DNA of 64,000 nt from an uncultured bacterium (GTDB taxonomy: Bacteria; Patescibacteriota; Doudnabacteria; UBA920), in the NCBI GenBank assembly GCA_963749445.1, contig CAVVMJ010000010.1:181738-245737 (forward strand), given 5' to 3'. The position numbers and the translations under genes are program-made. The notes under the pieces are model-generated. The model did no database searches. It saw only the letters and a program-made list of their open reading frames with translations, and had not been told where the DNA came from. Positions 32,462-44,241 of this stretch are shown piece by piece. Within the stretch, counting starts at the first letter, position 1. Every line of letters starts with the position of its first letter.

Positions 32462-33802
32462 TTACTCAATCCCGGGCACCGGGAAATCCTTGCATAATTC
32501 TTTAATTTCCCCGCAGATTTTTTTGAGGGTGGAATTTTTCCTTATCTCTTCTTTGAATTTCGCGATATATACGGCGCGGTCGGCTTTATTCTCCGGCAAC
32601 TTGTAGCTTTTGGCTTCCATTATCGCTTTGGCCACCCACTCCCCCACTTGTTCCATTTCTTTTTCCTTCATGCCGCGCGTGGTCAGGGCCGGCGTGCCCA
32701 TGCGGACGCCGCTTGGATAAAACGGGCTGCCCGGCTCGCCGGGAATAGTGTTTTTATTGGCGGTCATGCCCGCGGCTTCCAAAACCTCACTGCCGAAAAT
32801 CCCGCCGCCCGGGCCGAACACCGGCACCAAATCCAAAAGCAGCAAATGATTTTCCGTGCCGTTGCCTATTAGCTTAATCTCGTTGTGCATCAGACTCTTG
32901 GCCAAAGCTTTAGCGTTTTTGACAATCTGTTTGCCGTAAACTTTAAACTCGTCCGTAGCCGCTTCTTTTAAGGCAATGGCAATGGCGCCGGTTTGGTGGT
33001 CGTGCGGTCCACCCTGCAGGCCCGGGAAAACCGCTTTGTCCATCCGCTCGCCCAGCTCCGGATCTTTTTCCAAACCCTTTTTTGTCGCCATAATCATGCC
33101 GCCGCGCGGGCCGCGCAAAGTTTTGTGCGTGGTCGTGGTGATGATATGAGCAAAATTTGCCGGGCTTTTATGCGCGCCCGCGACAATTAATCCCGCCACG
33201 TGCGCGATGTCAGCCGCCAAAAAAGCGCCAACGCTGTCGGCAATTTCCGCAAACTGTTCGTATTCTATTTCATACATGTATGCCGTGGCACCACACCAAA
33301 TTAATTTCGGTTTGTGTTCTTCGGCCAATTTGCGGACTTCGTCAAAATCCACCCGGCCGTCAGGCTTGGTGTGGTAGCCGAAAGTTTTGTAAAAAATTCC
33401 CGTCGCGGAAACTTTCCAGCCGTGCGTCAAATGCCCGCCGTCGGTCAAATTTAATCCCAATACGACATCGCCGGGCTGGCAGGTCGCCATATAAACCGCC
33501 AAGTTGGCAGGGCTGCCCGAATACGGCTGGACATTGGCGTGCGGCACGCCAAAAAGCTTTTTAGCCCGCTCAATAGCCAGCTGTTCTATCTGGTCAATAA
33601 ATTCCTGCCCTCCATAATAGCGTTTTCTCGGGTAACCCTCGGAGTATTTGTTAGTCAGGATGGAACCCATACTTTCCATCACCGCGGGCGAAGTGTAATT
33701 TTCCGAAGGGATAAGCTCCAGCCCGTCTTTTTGACGCGATGATTCTTGCCCGATTAGCTTGTAAATTTCCAAGTCCTGGTTTTTGATGTGTTGATACTTC
33801 AT
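32462..33802 (-). CDS. glyA: Serine hydroxymethyltransferase
   Basis: LIPSENY, NKYSEGYP, GGHLTHG, TTHKTLRGPRGG. Confidence 0.98.
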   Translation of the reverse strand: MKYQHIKNQDLEIYKLIGQESSRQKDGLELIPSENYTSPAVMESMGSILTNKYSEGYPRKRYYGGQEFIDQIEQLAIERAKKLFGVPHANVQPYSGSPANLAVYMATCQPGDVVLGLNLTDGGHLTHGWKVSATGIFYKTFGYHTKPDGRVDFDEVRKLAEEHKPKLIWCGATAYMYEIEYEQFAEIADSVGAFLAADIAHVAGLIVAGAHKSPANFAHIITTTTHKTLRGPRGGMIMATKKGLEKDPELGERMDKAVFPGLQGGPHDHQTGAIAIALKEAATDEFKVYGKQIVKNAKALAKSLMHNEIKLIGNGTENHLLLLDLVPVFGPGGGIFGSEVLEAAGMTANKNTIPGEPGSPFYPSGVRMGTPALTTRGMKEKEMEQVGEWVAKAIMEAKSYKLPENKADRAVYIAKFKEEIRKNSTLKKICGEIKELCKDFPVPGIE

Positions 33803-33933
33803 TGTAAAATAATTAATAGTTGGCAAAAATTATCGAATTCATTTGTACTAGCGTACTAGTACGCTAGTACATTGATACCTACCAATTTATGATTTGATAT
33901 TTAATTTGTAGTTTGGATTTTTGCATAACAGTA

Positions 33934-34329
33934 TTACGATGTCCACATATAACATTTTTGCATTTCTCTAAACTTTGCTAAAAGAAGCTTGTATAATGAC
34001 TGATTTGAAAAATCCGGAACAGCTTCCTCATGGTCTACTCTCATCTCAATCACCGTAGCTATCGGACTTTCTCCTACCTCTTGTTCTAATAAATCGATCA
34101 TGGCCTCAACCACTTGTGAATGATTTGCCCGGGATAAAAATTCCCTAGCTTTATCTTGCAAGTGTCCAGGTAAAAACCTAGCGAGGAAATTAAAATCTTT
34201 AACCACTTTTTCATCAAACACTCCCTCTGTTTTTCCAAATTGATAATCCCTAAGTTCCTGTAATCTCTCTCTCTGAATTCCTGAGTCTGGATTGAATCTT
34301 TGCAAACTTCTGCGGTCTGGATCTGGCAT
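33934..34329 (-). CDS. Hypothetical protein
   Basis: 131-aa AT-rich ORF, co-oriented with neighbours. Confidence 0.6.
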   Translation of the reverse strand: MPDPDRRSLQRFNPDSGIQRERLQELRDYQFGKTEGVFDEKVVKDFNFLARFLPGHLQDKAREFLSRANHSQVVEAMIDLLEQEVGESPIATVIEMRVDHEEAVPDFSNQSLYKLLLAKFREMQKCYMWTS

Positions 34330-34341
34330 AAATCTTAAATC

Positions 34342-34899
34342 TTAATTTTTTGCATAAACGAATAATTTTCCCAACTGGGGACGGTCTTTATCGATAATTT
34401 GGACAGAAGACGGCGGCCAACTTGCGAAATGCGAGACGCCGGTGGTGGTGTTGGTAATTGCCAGGCTGCCGGGTTTTAGCTCCGAAAATAGCTTTTTCTC
34501 CAAGCGGGGCATCAGGGCTTTATCCAAAAACATAAACACCACGTCCGCTTTTGATATGTCAACGGCAAAAATGTCCTGCTTGATAAATATCGGATGGCCG
34601 GAATGAAACCGTGAGCGGATTCTTGCAAAATTCGTCCTAAACCAACTATCATCTATTCCGTAAACTTTTAAGCCGGGGCATTCCCGCGATATTGTAAAAA
34701 CAAAATTTCCCCTGGCACTGCCTAAATCATACAACACGCCATGCTCCAGATGATTTTGACGGATAATCGCGGCCACAACTTTAATGGCGGCATCGCTGGT
34801 AGTAAAATCCTCGCCTCCAAATATAGAGTCAATTACATAAAAAAACAAAACGCAGAGAATAACAGCTAAAAATCCCAAAATTACGGCAATAATCAACAT
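34342..34899 (-). CDS. Class I SAM-dependent methyltransferase with N-terminal TM
   Basis: YDLGSARG, ADVVF, ELKPGS. Confidence 0.85.
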   Translation of the reverse strand: MLIIAVILGFLAVILCVLFFYVIDSIFGGEDFTTSDAAIKVVAAIIRQNHLEHGVLYDLGSARGNFVFTISRECPGLKVYGIDDSWFRTNFARIRSRFHSGHPIFIKQDIFAVDISKADVVFMFLDKALMPRLEKKLFSELKPGSLAITNTTTGVSHFASWPPSSVQIIDKDRPQLGKLFVYAKN

Positions 34900-34949
34900 C
34901 TTTTAGTCCGCGTGAGATCCGCGTCGCAATCCGCGTGTATATCCGCGGC

Positions 34950-36098
34950 TTATATATACATATACAGCAAACTATACACCCCTCCCAATATGAATAATAC
35001 CACAAAACTCCCCGTGAGGCTAAACAGCAGCGCGCCGAGCAGGCAGGCCATAAGTTTGCCGATTGACAATGACTGCTCAAAAAACACGGCGTAAGGCATC
35101 ACGTGGGTGGATTCCGCGCGCAAATAAGTCACGGTGGAAATGGGGATAAAATCCATTTCCTTGCTGGCGCGCGACAGCGTGTCCAAAGCGAACACGTTCC
35201 AAACGTTGGTGGCCATAAAGCGCGCAAACCACACCAGAGCGCTAAAAAACGCGCCGAGCTTAATTAAAATCCGTTTGGTGTACTGATCGGTAATTTTGCC
35301 TATAACCACGGCCAACGCGGCGGCAATCAGGCTGGCCACCGTGGCCAAAAGCCCCGTGGTCTGGTAATTTTTGACGATGATGTAAATAAAAATCGGCCAA
35401 ATGGTCAAAACCAAAAGCTCTTCGCCGAAACCCACGTAACCCAAAAACTTTTTGGGAAAAGTTTTATACAGCTGCCAGGTATCGCGGTAATGATAGGCTT
35501 TGGGCACGAACACCTCCATTTTGGTAAACAGCGGCATTACGGAAAAACAGTAAATCAGCGACGCCATCACAAAGGTCGCGACCATGCCAAAATGTTCGGC
35601 CAAAAATCCGCCCAAAAACGGACCCAAAACCTGGGTTACGCCGATTATGGCGTAGATGGCGCTAAACTCCCGCCCCACCTGACCCTGGTCGGCGTAGCGC
35701 GCCATAAGAGCGTGGAAGCCCGGCCAGTACAAAGCCTTTTGCAGGCCCAAAGCGATAGCCGCGAGAATAACCAATCCCGGGTTGTCGCGCGCGAGCAGCA
35801 ACAGCACCCAGTAAAAAACCTGAAACGGCACACTCATGGCAATGGCGTGCTTATAGCCGTAAACGCTGGCAAACCATCCGCCTAAAATTATGGTCGGGAT
35901 GTAGACCGCGTAAACTACCGCAAAAAACAGCAGGACCTGGGGCACGGTAAAACCCAGCACGCTGTACAAAAAAATCGGCTCAAACACCAGAGCGATTGAC
36001 AAAGCCAAATTGGCAATGGCCGAAGCCGCGAACAGTTCGCCGATTTCCTCGCGGACTTTTTTGGTGAAATACGATGGCAGATGATAGTTCAAAAGCAT
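34950..36098 (-). CDS. MFS transporter
   Basis: About 12 hydrophobic segments; GKITDQYTKR motif-A-like; LGPFLGG. Confidence 0.85.
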   Translation of the reverse strand: MLLNYHLPSYFTKKVREEIGELFAASAIANLALSIALVFEPIFLYSVLGFTVPQVLLFFAVVYAVYIPTIILGGWFASVYGYKHAIAMSVPFQVFYWVLLLLARDNPGLVILAAIALGLQKALYWPGFHALMARYADQGQVGREFSAIYAIIGVTQVLGPFLGGFLAEHFGMVATFVMASLIYCFSVMPLFTKMEVFVPKAYHYRDTWQLYKTFPKKFLGYVGFGEELLVLTIWPIFIYIIVKNYQTTGLLATVASLIAAALAVVIGKITDQYTKRILIKLGAFFSALVWFARFMATNVWNVFALDTLSRASKEMDFIPISTVTYLRAESTHVMPYAVFFEQSLSIGKLMACLLGALLFSLTGSFVVLFILGGVYSLLYMYI

Positions 36099-36161
36099 GT
36101 TTATTTTGATATTTGACAAAAAGCTAAAATAAGCGCAAGTTTGAGGTGGAAGGAGGGTCTT

Positions 36162-36503
36162 ATGGCAGACTTGCCCGAAGATCCAGTTAGGGAATGCTAC
36201 CGCAGGTATAAAAACTTGCGGGATTCGCTCGACGCTAACGGTGGCGCAATTAGTGCTCTGGCCCTAGTGGGGATATCCGATTACAAAAAATTGATCGGCT
36301 TCCTTGCGGCTCCCGAAACTATCGTTCCGGCTTTAGAAAAAATCAAAGACCAGCTGCTTAATGCGAGAATCCGTTTTGACCCGAGAGTCCATCCCGTAAT
36401 CCAGATCCAGCGAGCAATCCTTTACCAGCTGGCAAAAGAAAACCGGAATCTCTTTAGGGTCGCCGAGGATATTGTCAGCTGGCGGGAAGAACGCCGGAAA
36501 TAG
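36162..36503 (+). CDS. Hypothetical protein
   Basis: AAGGAGG RBS before the ATG; short hairpin after the stop. Confidence 0.6.
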   Translation: MADLPEDPVRECYRRYKNLRDSLDANGGAISALALVGISDYKKLIGFLAAPETIVPALEKIKDQLLNARIRFDPRVHPVIQIQRAILYQLAKENRNLFRVAEDIVSWREERRK

Positions 36504-36532
36504 GTACGGGAAAACATCCCTGTACCTTTCTT

Positions 36533-39500
36533 TTAAACCACAAAATTTATTAAGCGGTCAGGCACAAAAATCACCCGCCTGATATTTTGGGTTCCGACGA
36601 TTGCCACAGCCTGCTGTTTAACTTGATTCTCATCGCTTCCCGGCGACACCGTAATGCGGCCTTTGACTTTGCCGTTGACCTGCACCACGATTTCAATTGT
36701 GGCGTCAACGATTTTTGCCGGGTCAAACGCCGGCCAGCTTTCCAGCTGGAGCGATTTTTTGCCTCCGATGATTGAATTTAGTTCTTCTGCCAGATGCGGC
36801 GCGAACGGATGTAACAATTTTAGAAAAATTTTAAAATCTTCCTTCGAAATATTTTGGCCAAAAGCTTGAATATTTTTTAAATTTAAATATTTTTCAAACT
36901 TTGGATCTTTTGATTTAATCATTTCTTCTCGGGTAATATAAATTTCGTTCATAAACACCATAAGACCGGATACGCAGGTGTTAAATCGAAAATTTTCTAT
37001 ATCCTCTTCGACTTTTTTTATAGTTTTATTCAAAGCTTTCTCAACTTGTCCGTCAGTAAAATTCATTACATCGTTATCTTCCATCGCCTTTAGACTTAAA
37101 CCGACCTGATATACCTTATCCAAAAATCTTTTGACCCCGACTACGCTTTTGTCGTTCCAGGCGATGGTGTCCTCGTGCGGACCCAAAAACAACTCAAACA
37201 TGCGCAACGTGTCCGCGCCGTGCGAGGCTACAATATCCTGCGGATTGACCACGTTGCCGCGGCTTTTGGACATTTTTTCGCCGTCCGCAGCCAAAATTAT
37301 GCCGTGAGGCACGCGTTTAACATACGGCTCCCTTGATGTAACCAATCCTTGATCAAACAAAAATAAATTCCAAAACCGGCTGTAAAGCAAATGCAAAGTC
37401 GTGTGCTCCATGCCGCCAAAATAAACGTCCACCGGCGTCCAGTATTTTTGTTTGCTGATGGACGCGAATTCTTTTTTGTCTTTTGGATCGATATACCTTA
37501 ACCAATACCAACTGCTACCTGCCCATTGCGGCATAGTGTTGGTTTCTCTTTTTGCCGGCGATTTGCAATTCGGACATTTTACATTAACCCAGTTTGATAT
37601 TGCGGCCAATGGCGATTCTCCTGTTCCTGTCGGCTGGTAATTTTTGACCGGCGGGAGTTTTACCGGCAAATCCTTTTCGGCTACCTCCACAATACCGCAT
37701 TTTGGGCAATGAATAATCGGAATCGGCTCGCCCCAGTAGCGCTGGCGGGAAAATACCCAATCACGGAGTTTATACTGGACAGTCGCTCTGCCGAATTTTG
37801 CTGCCATTTTGGGAATTGCATCTTCTGACTTCATTCCGGTAAATTCACCGGAATTAATCAAAGCACCATAATCCGCAACGGCTCCGACCACCTCCCCGCC
37901 TGACGGCGGTACTCCCCCTTGAAAAGGAGGAGAGCTCCGCGTGACATCCGAGAATAACTGCAGAGCTTCCCCTCGCTTCTTTAAGGAGGGGTGGACGCGA
38001 AGCGAACGGGGTGGTTGGAGACACAACTTGCTTAATTGGTAAACCGTATTTCTTCGCAAACTCAAAATCCCGCTCATCATGCGCCGGCACGGCCATAATC
38101 GCGCCGGTGCCATAACCCCAAAGCACGTAATCCGCCGCCCAAATCGGGATTTCTTCTTTTGTTGCAGGATTAATCGCCTTAATACCTTTTAACTCCACTC
38201 CGGTTTTTTCCTTACCTTCTGATGAACGATCCATTTCCGATTTTTTCTTTGCCTTTTCTACATATTCCTCAACTTCTTTGTAATTTGATCCGCCTTGGCG
38301 GATGAAATTTTCTGTCAACGGATGTTCCGGTGCCACCACCATATATGTCGCGCCGAAGATAGTGTCCGGCCGCGTGGTAAAAACTTTGATTAACGGCAAG
38401 ACGGCGGCCAAAACTTCCGGTTCTTGCTCGGCGCGAAAATGAACCAGTTGCCCTGCTTTTCTAGTGATAGGCGCGTTCAAAACTTCCGACAGTTGGGCAG
38501 CTTGATCGTCGGAAATTGCATCGTCGTTGGGATCATGTAAAATTGTAATTGAACCGGCTTTATTTTTAATCGCCGAAAAATCAAAACTCCATTTAAAATT
38601 TTTTTGAAAAGGCCTGGGTGGTCTTTAAAATTTGGGCTGACAAAACCGCCGACCAATACCAGTCCAGCGATTTTTGCCTGTAATTTTTCCAGAACTTTCA
38701 TCGCCACCACCGTTCCCAAACTATGGCCGACTAAAATTGTATTTTCGCCAAAACGGCAATTTTTCAAAACAAAATTAACCTGCGCTTCTTCACTGGGATT
38801 AGTCGGATTCGGCAAGGCCGGTATATCCACTTTCATACCTTTAAATTCCAATTGGCTTTTTAGCCAAGGATAGAATCTGGTTTCCGGCGTTTCATTCCAA
38901 CCGTGCAAAATTACGTAATTATGTTTTGCGTTTAGGGTAAAATTAATTTCCGCGCCCACAGACTTGCCAATCCAGTTTTCCTGTTGGAGCTTAACCGCTT
39001 CCGGCCACTCGGGCAGATGTTTTAATCCTTCCAAAAGTTTTTCCGCATACGCAGTAATTCTTAAATACCACTGGCGCAATTCTTTTTTTTCAACGACTGT
39101 GCCGCAGCGCTCGCATTTGCCGTCTATGACTTCTTCGTTAGCCAAACCGGTTTTGTCTTTCGGACACCAATTAATCAAACCTGTTGCCTCGTAGGCCAAT
39201 CCTTTTTTAAAGAATTGCAAAAACAGCCATTGTGTCCATTTATAATAATTCGGGTCTGTGGTATTTATTTCCCGCGACCAATCAAAACTTAAACCCCACG
39301 ACTGCATTTGTTTTTTGGCATTTTTGATATTTTTCGCCGTGGTTACCGCGGGCTGGACGCCTTTTTTATGGCATAATTTTCCGCCGGCAAACCAAACGCG
39401 TCCCAGCCGATGGGAAACATAACCTCATAGCCCCGCATACGATGATAACGAGCATAAACATCCGCGGCCACGTACGGCCGCAAATGCCCCATATGCAAAC

Positions 39501-39639
39501 CCTCGCCGCTGGGATATGGAAATTCCACTAAAACATATTTTTTCGGCTTTTTGGCAAAATCCGCGGCCTGAAAAATTTTCTTGGTTTGCCAAACCTTTTG
39601 CCACTTGGCCTCAATTTTTTTGTGATTATACTTTTCCAT
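36533..39639 (-). CDS. leuS: Leucine--tRNA ligase with an inserted alpha/beta-hydrolase domain and a repeat insertion (three frame breaks)
   Basis: [58 protein letters not shown] across four ORF pieces. Confidence 0.96.
37882..38020. repeat. Tail-to-tail element pair inside leuS (139 bp)
   Basis: CTCCGACCACC...GGTGGTTGGAG. Confidence 0.9.
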
Positions 39640-39691
39640 AATAACGCTGATTTCTTAAACTCACGGCCGTGAATTTAAGAAATATGCTTAA

Positions 39692-40666
39692 TCAGATGTT
39701 AAATAGTTTTTTTGCATTTTTGGTCGTCGATTCCGTAACTTCTTTAATTGACAAACCTTTTATCTCCGCAACCTTATCGGCCACAAACCTTACATAGCTC
39801 GGCTCGTTTCTTTTGCCTCGATGAGGCGCCGGCGATAAATACGGGCAATCGGTTTCCAGTAAAATTTTATCAAGCGGCGCGAGTTTTACCAACTTTTCCA
39901 TATTGCCGGTTTTGTCAAATGTGATTATTCCGTTAAAGCTGACATACGCGCCGCGGTCGAGGAATTTTTGGAGATATTCTGGACTTCCCGTGTAACTGTG
40001 CACCTCAAACCTCAAACCGGCTCCAACCCCCTCCCCGCCCTTCGGGCGGTACTCCCCCTTGTCAGGGGGAGAGGCTCCGCCTATATCCTCGGTCAACTGC
40101 GGAACTTCCCCTCCTGCCAAGGAGGGGTGTCCCGCGGAGCGGGACGGGGTGGTTGGAGTTTTTTCCTCATCAAGTATCTCCAGTAAATCATCATAAAGCG
40201 ACTCATCACCTTTTGCCGGGCGACTGTGGACTACTAAAACTTTATTTAATTCTTTTGCTAATTTCACTTGCTCCCGAAATGCAGCTTTTTGTTTATCTTT
40301 GACTTGCTGATGGTCGCCATCCGCAGGAAACCGATAATAATCCAGCCCGCACTCCCCTATCCCGACAACTTTCGGGTTTGTCGCTATACTTTGGTATAGC
40401 GCTTCGTCAAAATGCTCTTCGCGGGTAAGAAAATGCGTTTCTTCTTCATCAACGTATTGGGAATGGGTATGCTCGGGATGCAAACCGACAACCGCGTAAA
40501 TCCCCTCTTTAAATTGATTAGCCAATTCCACGGCCTCTCGTGACGTGTCTATTTGCGACCCGACGTTTATGACCCAAGTATCATTATCAAGCGCCCGCTG
40601 CAAAGCTTCTTTGGCATCGCCCTTAAACGCGCGAAAATTCACGTGAGCGTGGGTGTCAATCAACAT
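39692..40666 (-). CDS. tatD: TatD family hydrolase with 46-aa repeat insertion
   Basis: IDTHAH, GLHP, IGECGLDY, ETDCPY, RNEP. Confidence 0.95.
   Translation of the reverse strand: MLIDTHAHVNFRAFKGDAKEALQRALDNDTWVINVGSQIDTSREAVELANQFKEGIYAVVGLHPEHTHSQYVDEEETHFLTREEHFDEALYQSIATNPKVVGIGECGLDYYRFPADGDHQQVKDKQKAAFREQVKLAKELNKVLVVHSRPAKGDESLYDDLLEILDEEKTPTTPSRSAGHPSLAGGEVPQLTEDIGGASPPDKGEYRPKGGEGVGAGLRFEVHSYTGSPEYLQKFLDRGAYVSFNGIITFDKTGNMEKLVKLAPLDKILLETDCPYLSPAPHRGKRNEPSYVRFVADKVAEIKGLSIKEVTESTTKNAKKLFNI
40021..40158. repeat. Tail-to-tail element pair in frame inside tatD (138 bp)
   Basis: CTCCAACCCCC...GGTGGTTGGAG. Confidence 0.92.
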
Positions 40667-40690
40667 GAATTATGAAGAAAGAATTATGAA

Positions 40691-42304
40691 TTATGAATCG
40701 ATGCGGGGAAATAACCGTGGGATATTTTCCAATTTCGGATCTTTCAAAACCTTATCCGCCTTCGCTAAAGCTTCGGCGGATGGCCCGCTATTTATTAAAT
40801 TAAGGTGGGCCAAAATCTTTTCGCTGGTTTGAGGAAGGAAGGGAATTAAATCGGTTGCGATTTTGTGCAGCTCCGACAGCAGATATTGTATATCTTTCAC
40901 TGCTTTTTCTTTGTCAGTTTTTATAACTTTAAAGGGCTCGCTTTTCTGGATAAATTCGTCACAGGCTTTTATTTTTTGCCAAATTTGGTCCAAGGCTTTT
41001 TGGAACTGATAGCTATCCATAAATAATTTTAACCCCTCTGCCTCGGATGCACTCGGCATCTCCCCATGAATTGGGGAGAATAATATTGAGTTGGCTCTAG
41101 CCATCTTTAAAATCCTGCTGGTCAAATTCCCCAAGCCGTTGGCCAAGCCGGCGTTATAGCTTTCCACGAACTTTTCCCAGGTATAGTCGCCGTCTTCAAA
41201 GGTGGAAATTTCGCGGAGCAAAAAATAACGCAAGGCGTCTATAGCCTGCTCGTTGGTAAGGCCTTTGGATTTTAATTTGTCGATAATTTGATATGGGTCG
41301 GCCACATTGCCCAAAGATTTGGACATTTTTTGCCCGCCGCTGTTAATGAAGCCGTGGATAATGATTTGCTTGGAATTCGGCAGGCCGGCGGACATTAGCA
41401 TCGCCTGCCACATTGCCGATTGCTGCCTGAGATTGTCCTTACCCGCGATTTGGATGGCATTCGGATGCTCGTGAGTTCCCCAGAAATCGGGGAATCGGAG
41501 GTCGGATGAATCGGAGGTCGGAGCAGTATCCGATTTTCCGATTTTCCGATTTTCCGATCTATCCGATTCAGGCCAGCCCAAAGTTGAAACGTAATTTATC
41601 AGCGCGTCAAACCAGACGTACATTACGTGATCTTCGTCCTCCGGCACGGGCACGCCCCAAGGCATTTTTGATTTTAATCGCGATATGGAAAAATCGTGCA
41701 GGCCGGATTTTACAAACTGCTTAATTTCATTAAAGCGGAAATCCGGCACCACAAACTCGGGATTTTTTTCGTAAAACTCCAAAAGCGGCTGTTGGTAGCG
41801 GGAAAACCGGAAAAAATAATTTTCTTCGTCAATCAGTTCAATTCGCAAATGCGGGTGGATTAGGCACTGGCCGTCTCCGTTCAAATCGCTTTCCGTTTTT
41901 TCCAGCTCGCAGCCCACGCAGTATTTAACTTTATAAATTTTCTTATAAATATCACTCTTGTTAAAACATCTTTTCCAAAACTCCCGGCTGGCGGCAATGT
42001 GGTGCTTGTCCGTAGTGCGGATAAAATGGATGCCCGATGAAATGCCCAAAGCCGGCATCAACTGCCTAAACTTATCCGCGTACTCATCAACATAACTCTG
42101 GATATCCTTGCCGGTACTTCGCGCCTTGGCATAAACTTTTTGCCCGTGTTCGTCCGTGCCGGTATTAAAAAACACGTCCTGCTTTAACACCTCCTTGTGG
42201 TAACGGGCAATGGCATCGGCCTGGACCATTTCCAAAGCAAACCCAAGGTGCGGGTCAGCATTCACATAAGGCAGGGTGGTGGTGATGTAAAATTTATCGG
42301 GCAT
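40691..42304 (-). CDS. metG: Methionine--tRNA ligase (short form) with three repeat insertions
   Basis: FYITT..YVN, HLG, GTDEHG, YVWFDAL, KMSKS. Confidence 0.96.
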   Translation of the reverse strand: MPDKFYITTTLPYVNADPHLGFALEMVQADAIARYHKEVLKQDVFFNTGTDEHGQKVYAKARSTGKDIQSYVDEYADKFRQLMPALGISSGIHFIRTTDKHHIAASREFWKRCFNKSDIYKKIYKVKYCVGCELEKTESDLNGDGQCLIHPHLRIELIDEENYFFRFSRYQQPLLEFYEKNPEFVVPDFRFNEIKQFVKSGLHDFSISRLKSKMPWGVPVPEDEDHVMYVWFDALINYVSTLGWPESDRSENRKIGKSDTAPTSDSSDLRFPDFWGTHEHPNAIQIAGKDNLRQQSAMWQAMLMSAGLPNSKQIIIHGFINSGGQKMSKSLGNVADPYQIIDKLKSKGLTNEQAIDALRYFLLREISTFEDGDYTWEKFVESYNAGLANGLGNLTSRILKMARANSILFSPIHGEMPSASEAEGLKLFMDSYQFQKALDQIWQKIKACDEFIQKSEPFKVIKTDKEKAVKDIQYLLSELHKIATDLIPFLPQTSEKILAHLNLINSGPSAEALAKADKVLKDPKLENIPRLFPRIDS

Positions 42305-42477
42305 AATAACTGCTTTTACTCCTACGAACTTACGAACGGAATCGAACTACGAACTCTTGGTGTTGCCTATATCAGTGCGCCCGTTCGTAGTTCGTAAATT
42401 TCGTAAGTTCGTAGGAATATATAAAAAGGCTATTTCTAGCCCTTTTATTATACAATTTATTAAGATTTTGGACAAAT

Positions 42478-42798
42478 CTATTCTCGAGGATTGGCTTTTT
42501 TAAATTCTTTAAAGAAGATTTCCTTCACAACCCGATTTTCGCCTTCTCCTCTTGCTACAGCAGCATATAAACCAAGGGGTTCGCCTTTTGGTGAAAAAAG
42601 TTTATTTGATGTGCCTATATAAACCCACCCTTCTTCCGTCCCTCCGCTTGGTAAAGGGACCACCACCGGTTCGTTAACCCTATAAAGATTGCTGTCGCGT
42701 TGCAAACCTAATTGTTCTGGTGTTTTAGGATGGGTTCTTCTTGTGGACTCGGTATCATGATCAAGTTTTCTTACATCGTCTCGATTGCCTTTATCCAT
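42478..42798 (-). CDS. Hypothetical protein
   Basis: ORF starting right after the stop of the upstream gene. Confidence 0.55.
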   Translation of the reverse strand: MDKGNRDDVRKLDHDTESTRRTHPKTPEQLGLQRDSNLYRVNEPVVVPLPSGGTEEGWVYIGTSNKLFSPKGEPLGLYAAVARGEGENRVVKEIFFKEFKKANPRE

Positions 42799-42800
42799 AA

Positions 42801-43783
42801 TTACCCTTTCTCCCCCGGCCACAATTCCTTAACCGTTACGGTCAGCGCCGTGGCAATGGGGATGGAAATAATTAAGCCGACAATTCCGGCCAGCTCATAG
42901 CCTACCATTAAAGCCACTAAAGTTAAAAGCGGTGAAGTGTCCGTGGTCTTTTCCATAATTTTTGGCACCAAAACGTAGCCTTCCACCTCATGTACCAAAA
43001 GATAAAGGACGGCTACCCAAATAGCCAGGCTGGGATGCTGAATAAAGCCAATAAACATGGCGGGGATGGCCGAAATAAACGGGCCGATGTAAGGCACGAC
43101 TTCAAACAATCCCGAAAGCAAAGCCAAAACCAGTGCGTATTGGACGTGCAGCAGCAGCAAGCCGATGTAGGTAAACAAAAAAATGCCGAAACTGATAATA
43201 ATCTGCCCCAAAACCCAGCCGCCCATTTTTTTTTGGATTTTGACGATTAAATTAAAAGTAAAATCGTGGTGGCGGGCGGGCAGCAAGGATGCCACAAAAG
43301 TCTTCATGCCCTTTTCTTCGGCCACCAGGTAAACCGATATGATTACCACGGCAATGGCGTTAAGCGCGCCGTTAAATACGCCAAAAGTGCTTTGCACCAC
43401 GTTGCCGCCGTTAAAGCCGGAAACCAAACTTTGCAAAAAGCCCTGGACGTCCAAACCGCCGAACTGCGATTGCAGCGCCTGGCCGTATTGCGGCAAATTA
43501 GCCTGCAAAATTTTTATTTCCCGGATTACGGGCGGGATCATCAAATAAATGACCAGCGCGGCCAGGCCGATAAAAATTACGTAAACCGCAAACACGCTTA
43601 AAACCCGCGGCACTTTTTTTCGTGCAAGGCGTCCACCAAAGGCTCCATCGCCGAGGCTAAAATAAGGGAAATTAACAGCAGGAGAATAATGTCGCGGATC
43701 AGCCACAAAAAAACCAAAGCCAAAAACACAAACACGACCTGCAAAATAATTTTGGTGGACCGGTCCAAATCCTGATAGCGCAT
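42801..43783 (-). CDS. AI-2E family transporter (one frameshift near 43615)
   Basis: VPYIGP, EGYVLVPKIM, GIVGLIISIP; N-terminus in ORF 43598..43783. Confidence 0.9.
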
Positions 43784-43866
43784 AACGTGTGTAAATTATT
43801 ACGTAATCTATTACATATTTAATTACGTAACTCCTTTAAATTATAGCATAAAAAGCAAAAACCGGC

Positions 43867-44091
43867 CTACTGGGACCGGTTGATAGCATTTTGTTGTGAT
43901 AATATCTTTTTTGCTTCTTCAATCTCAACCGTTGTCTTCTTAATCCCCTCCAGGCAGTAAGCAATTATCTGTTCACGCAAAAAATCATTTAGCCCGTCAT
44001 TTTGTAAATCTCTGATTAAGATATTCTTAATTGTCTCATCAAGCGCCGATGACTTAATCAACGAAATTATTTTATTTACTGAATTATCCAT
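43867..44091 (-). CDS. Small hypothetical protein
   Basis: 74-aa ORF, likely helical. Confidence 0.55.
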   Translation of the reverse strand: MDNSVNKIISLIKSSALDETIKNILIRDLQNDGLNDFLREQIIAYCLEGIKKTTVEIEEAKKILSQQNAINRSQ

Positions 44092-44241
44092 AAAAAGTTA
44101 AAACCCAGTCGCGGCCGCGCGCATTAATTCAGAAAAACCGACGATGGCGATAGTACCTTTTACGATATTATCCCTTGCCTCTTCTACTCTATCTTTTTGC
44201 TCCACAGGAGCGGGTCCATATTCTGCCATATGGGTATCCTT

